Positions 63,559 to 64,000 of a DNA stretch of 64,000 bases are shown here, in pieces. Both the position numbers and the translations under genes were made by a program. The stretch's first letter is position 1; each line of letters starts with the position of its first letter. Below the pieces are notes generated by a model. The model worked only from the letters and a program-made list of their open reading frames with translations, did no database searches and was not told the origin of the DNA. This DNA comes from Escherichia phage YUEEL01. Where the stretch lies: sequence record NC_054935.2; one strand, given 5' to 3'.

Positions 63559-63580
63559 GGGCCGCAAGGCCCATTTTATT
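63559..63580 (+). terminator. hairpin after nrdB
   Basis: GGGCC-GCAA-GGCCC then ATTTTATT. Confidence 0.45.
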
Positions 63581-63991
63581 ATGAAAGAAATTGCAACAGA
63601 ATATTCATTTATTAAATATACTGAGCTAGAATTAGACGACAATGGAAGTATAAAACAGTTATCTATTCCAAACAAGTATAACGTAATTTATGCTATTGTC
63701 ATAAATGATGAGCTTGTTTATATTGGAAAAACTAAAAATTTACGCAAAAGAATAAACTATTATAGAACTGCTATTAACCGTAAAGACAAAACGTCTGATT
63801 CTACTAAATCTGCATTAATTCATGCTGCGCTAAAGGAAGGAAGCAAAGTTGAATTTTACACCCGCCAATGTTTTAATCTTTCTATGACAAATGAGTTAGG
63901 TACAATGACAATCGCAACGATTGACCTAGAGGAGCCACTATTCATTAAACTGTTTAACCCGCCTTGGAATATTCAACACAAGAAAAAATGA
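63581..63991 (+). CDS. denA: DenA endonuclease II (GIY-YIG family)
   Basis: 136 aa from MKEIATEY; VIYAI...VYIGKT GIY-YIG motif. Confidence 0.8.
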   Translation: MKEIATEYSFIKYTELELDDNGSIKQLSIPNKYNVIYAIVINDELVYIGKTKNLRKRINYYRTAINRKDKTSDSTKSALIHAALKEGSKVEFYTRQCFNLSMTNELGTMTIATIDLEEPLFIKLFNPPWNIQHKKK

Positions 63992-64000
63992 TGCTTCCAC

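Overview
This window is a contiguous stretch of a T-even (T4-like, Tequatrovirus-type) myophage genome, written in the opposite orientation to the usual T4 GenBank convention, so early and middle genes lie on the + strand. Gene order, product lengths and protein sequences match T4 from gene 46 (C-terminal fragment) through the replisome (45, 44, 62, regA, 43, uvsX, 41, 61), dam, 56, soc, the mod/dda/dexA/motB block, topoisomerase gene 39, rIIA, rIIB, denB, ndd, stp, 52, motA, arn, asiA, then the minus-strand late block (t, 38, 37, 36, 35, 34), then rnh, dsbA, 33, 59, 32, frd, td, nrdA, nrdB and denA. Regulatory structure is typical: about 19 sigma70-like early promoters (GTTTAC, about 18 bp, TAtaAT/TACTAT), a few MotA-type middle promoters, TATAAATA late promoters, and many GC-rich UUCG-type hairpins. 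The td gene is split by a group I intron carrying I-TevI. The phage is not T4 itself: gene 39 is a single fused 605-aa ORF, gp38 is the glycine-rich adhesin type, the ORF at the beta-gt locus is a short DXD-motif protein, and segF, segG, mobE and the nrdB intron are absent. I found no tRNA genes and no CRISPR array by eye. I did not find a clearly novel multi-gene system; the best candidates for uncharacterised biology are a divergent two-ORF module between gene 61 and dam, a 68-aa ORF between frd and td, the ORF at the beta-gt locus, and clusters of small secreted or membrane ORFs. All assignments rest on reading the supplied translations and on recalled T4 biology; no database search was possible.
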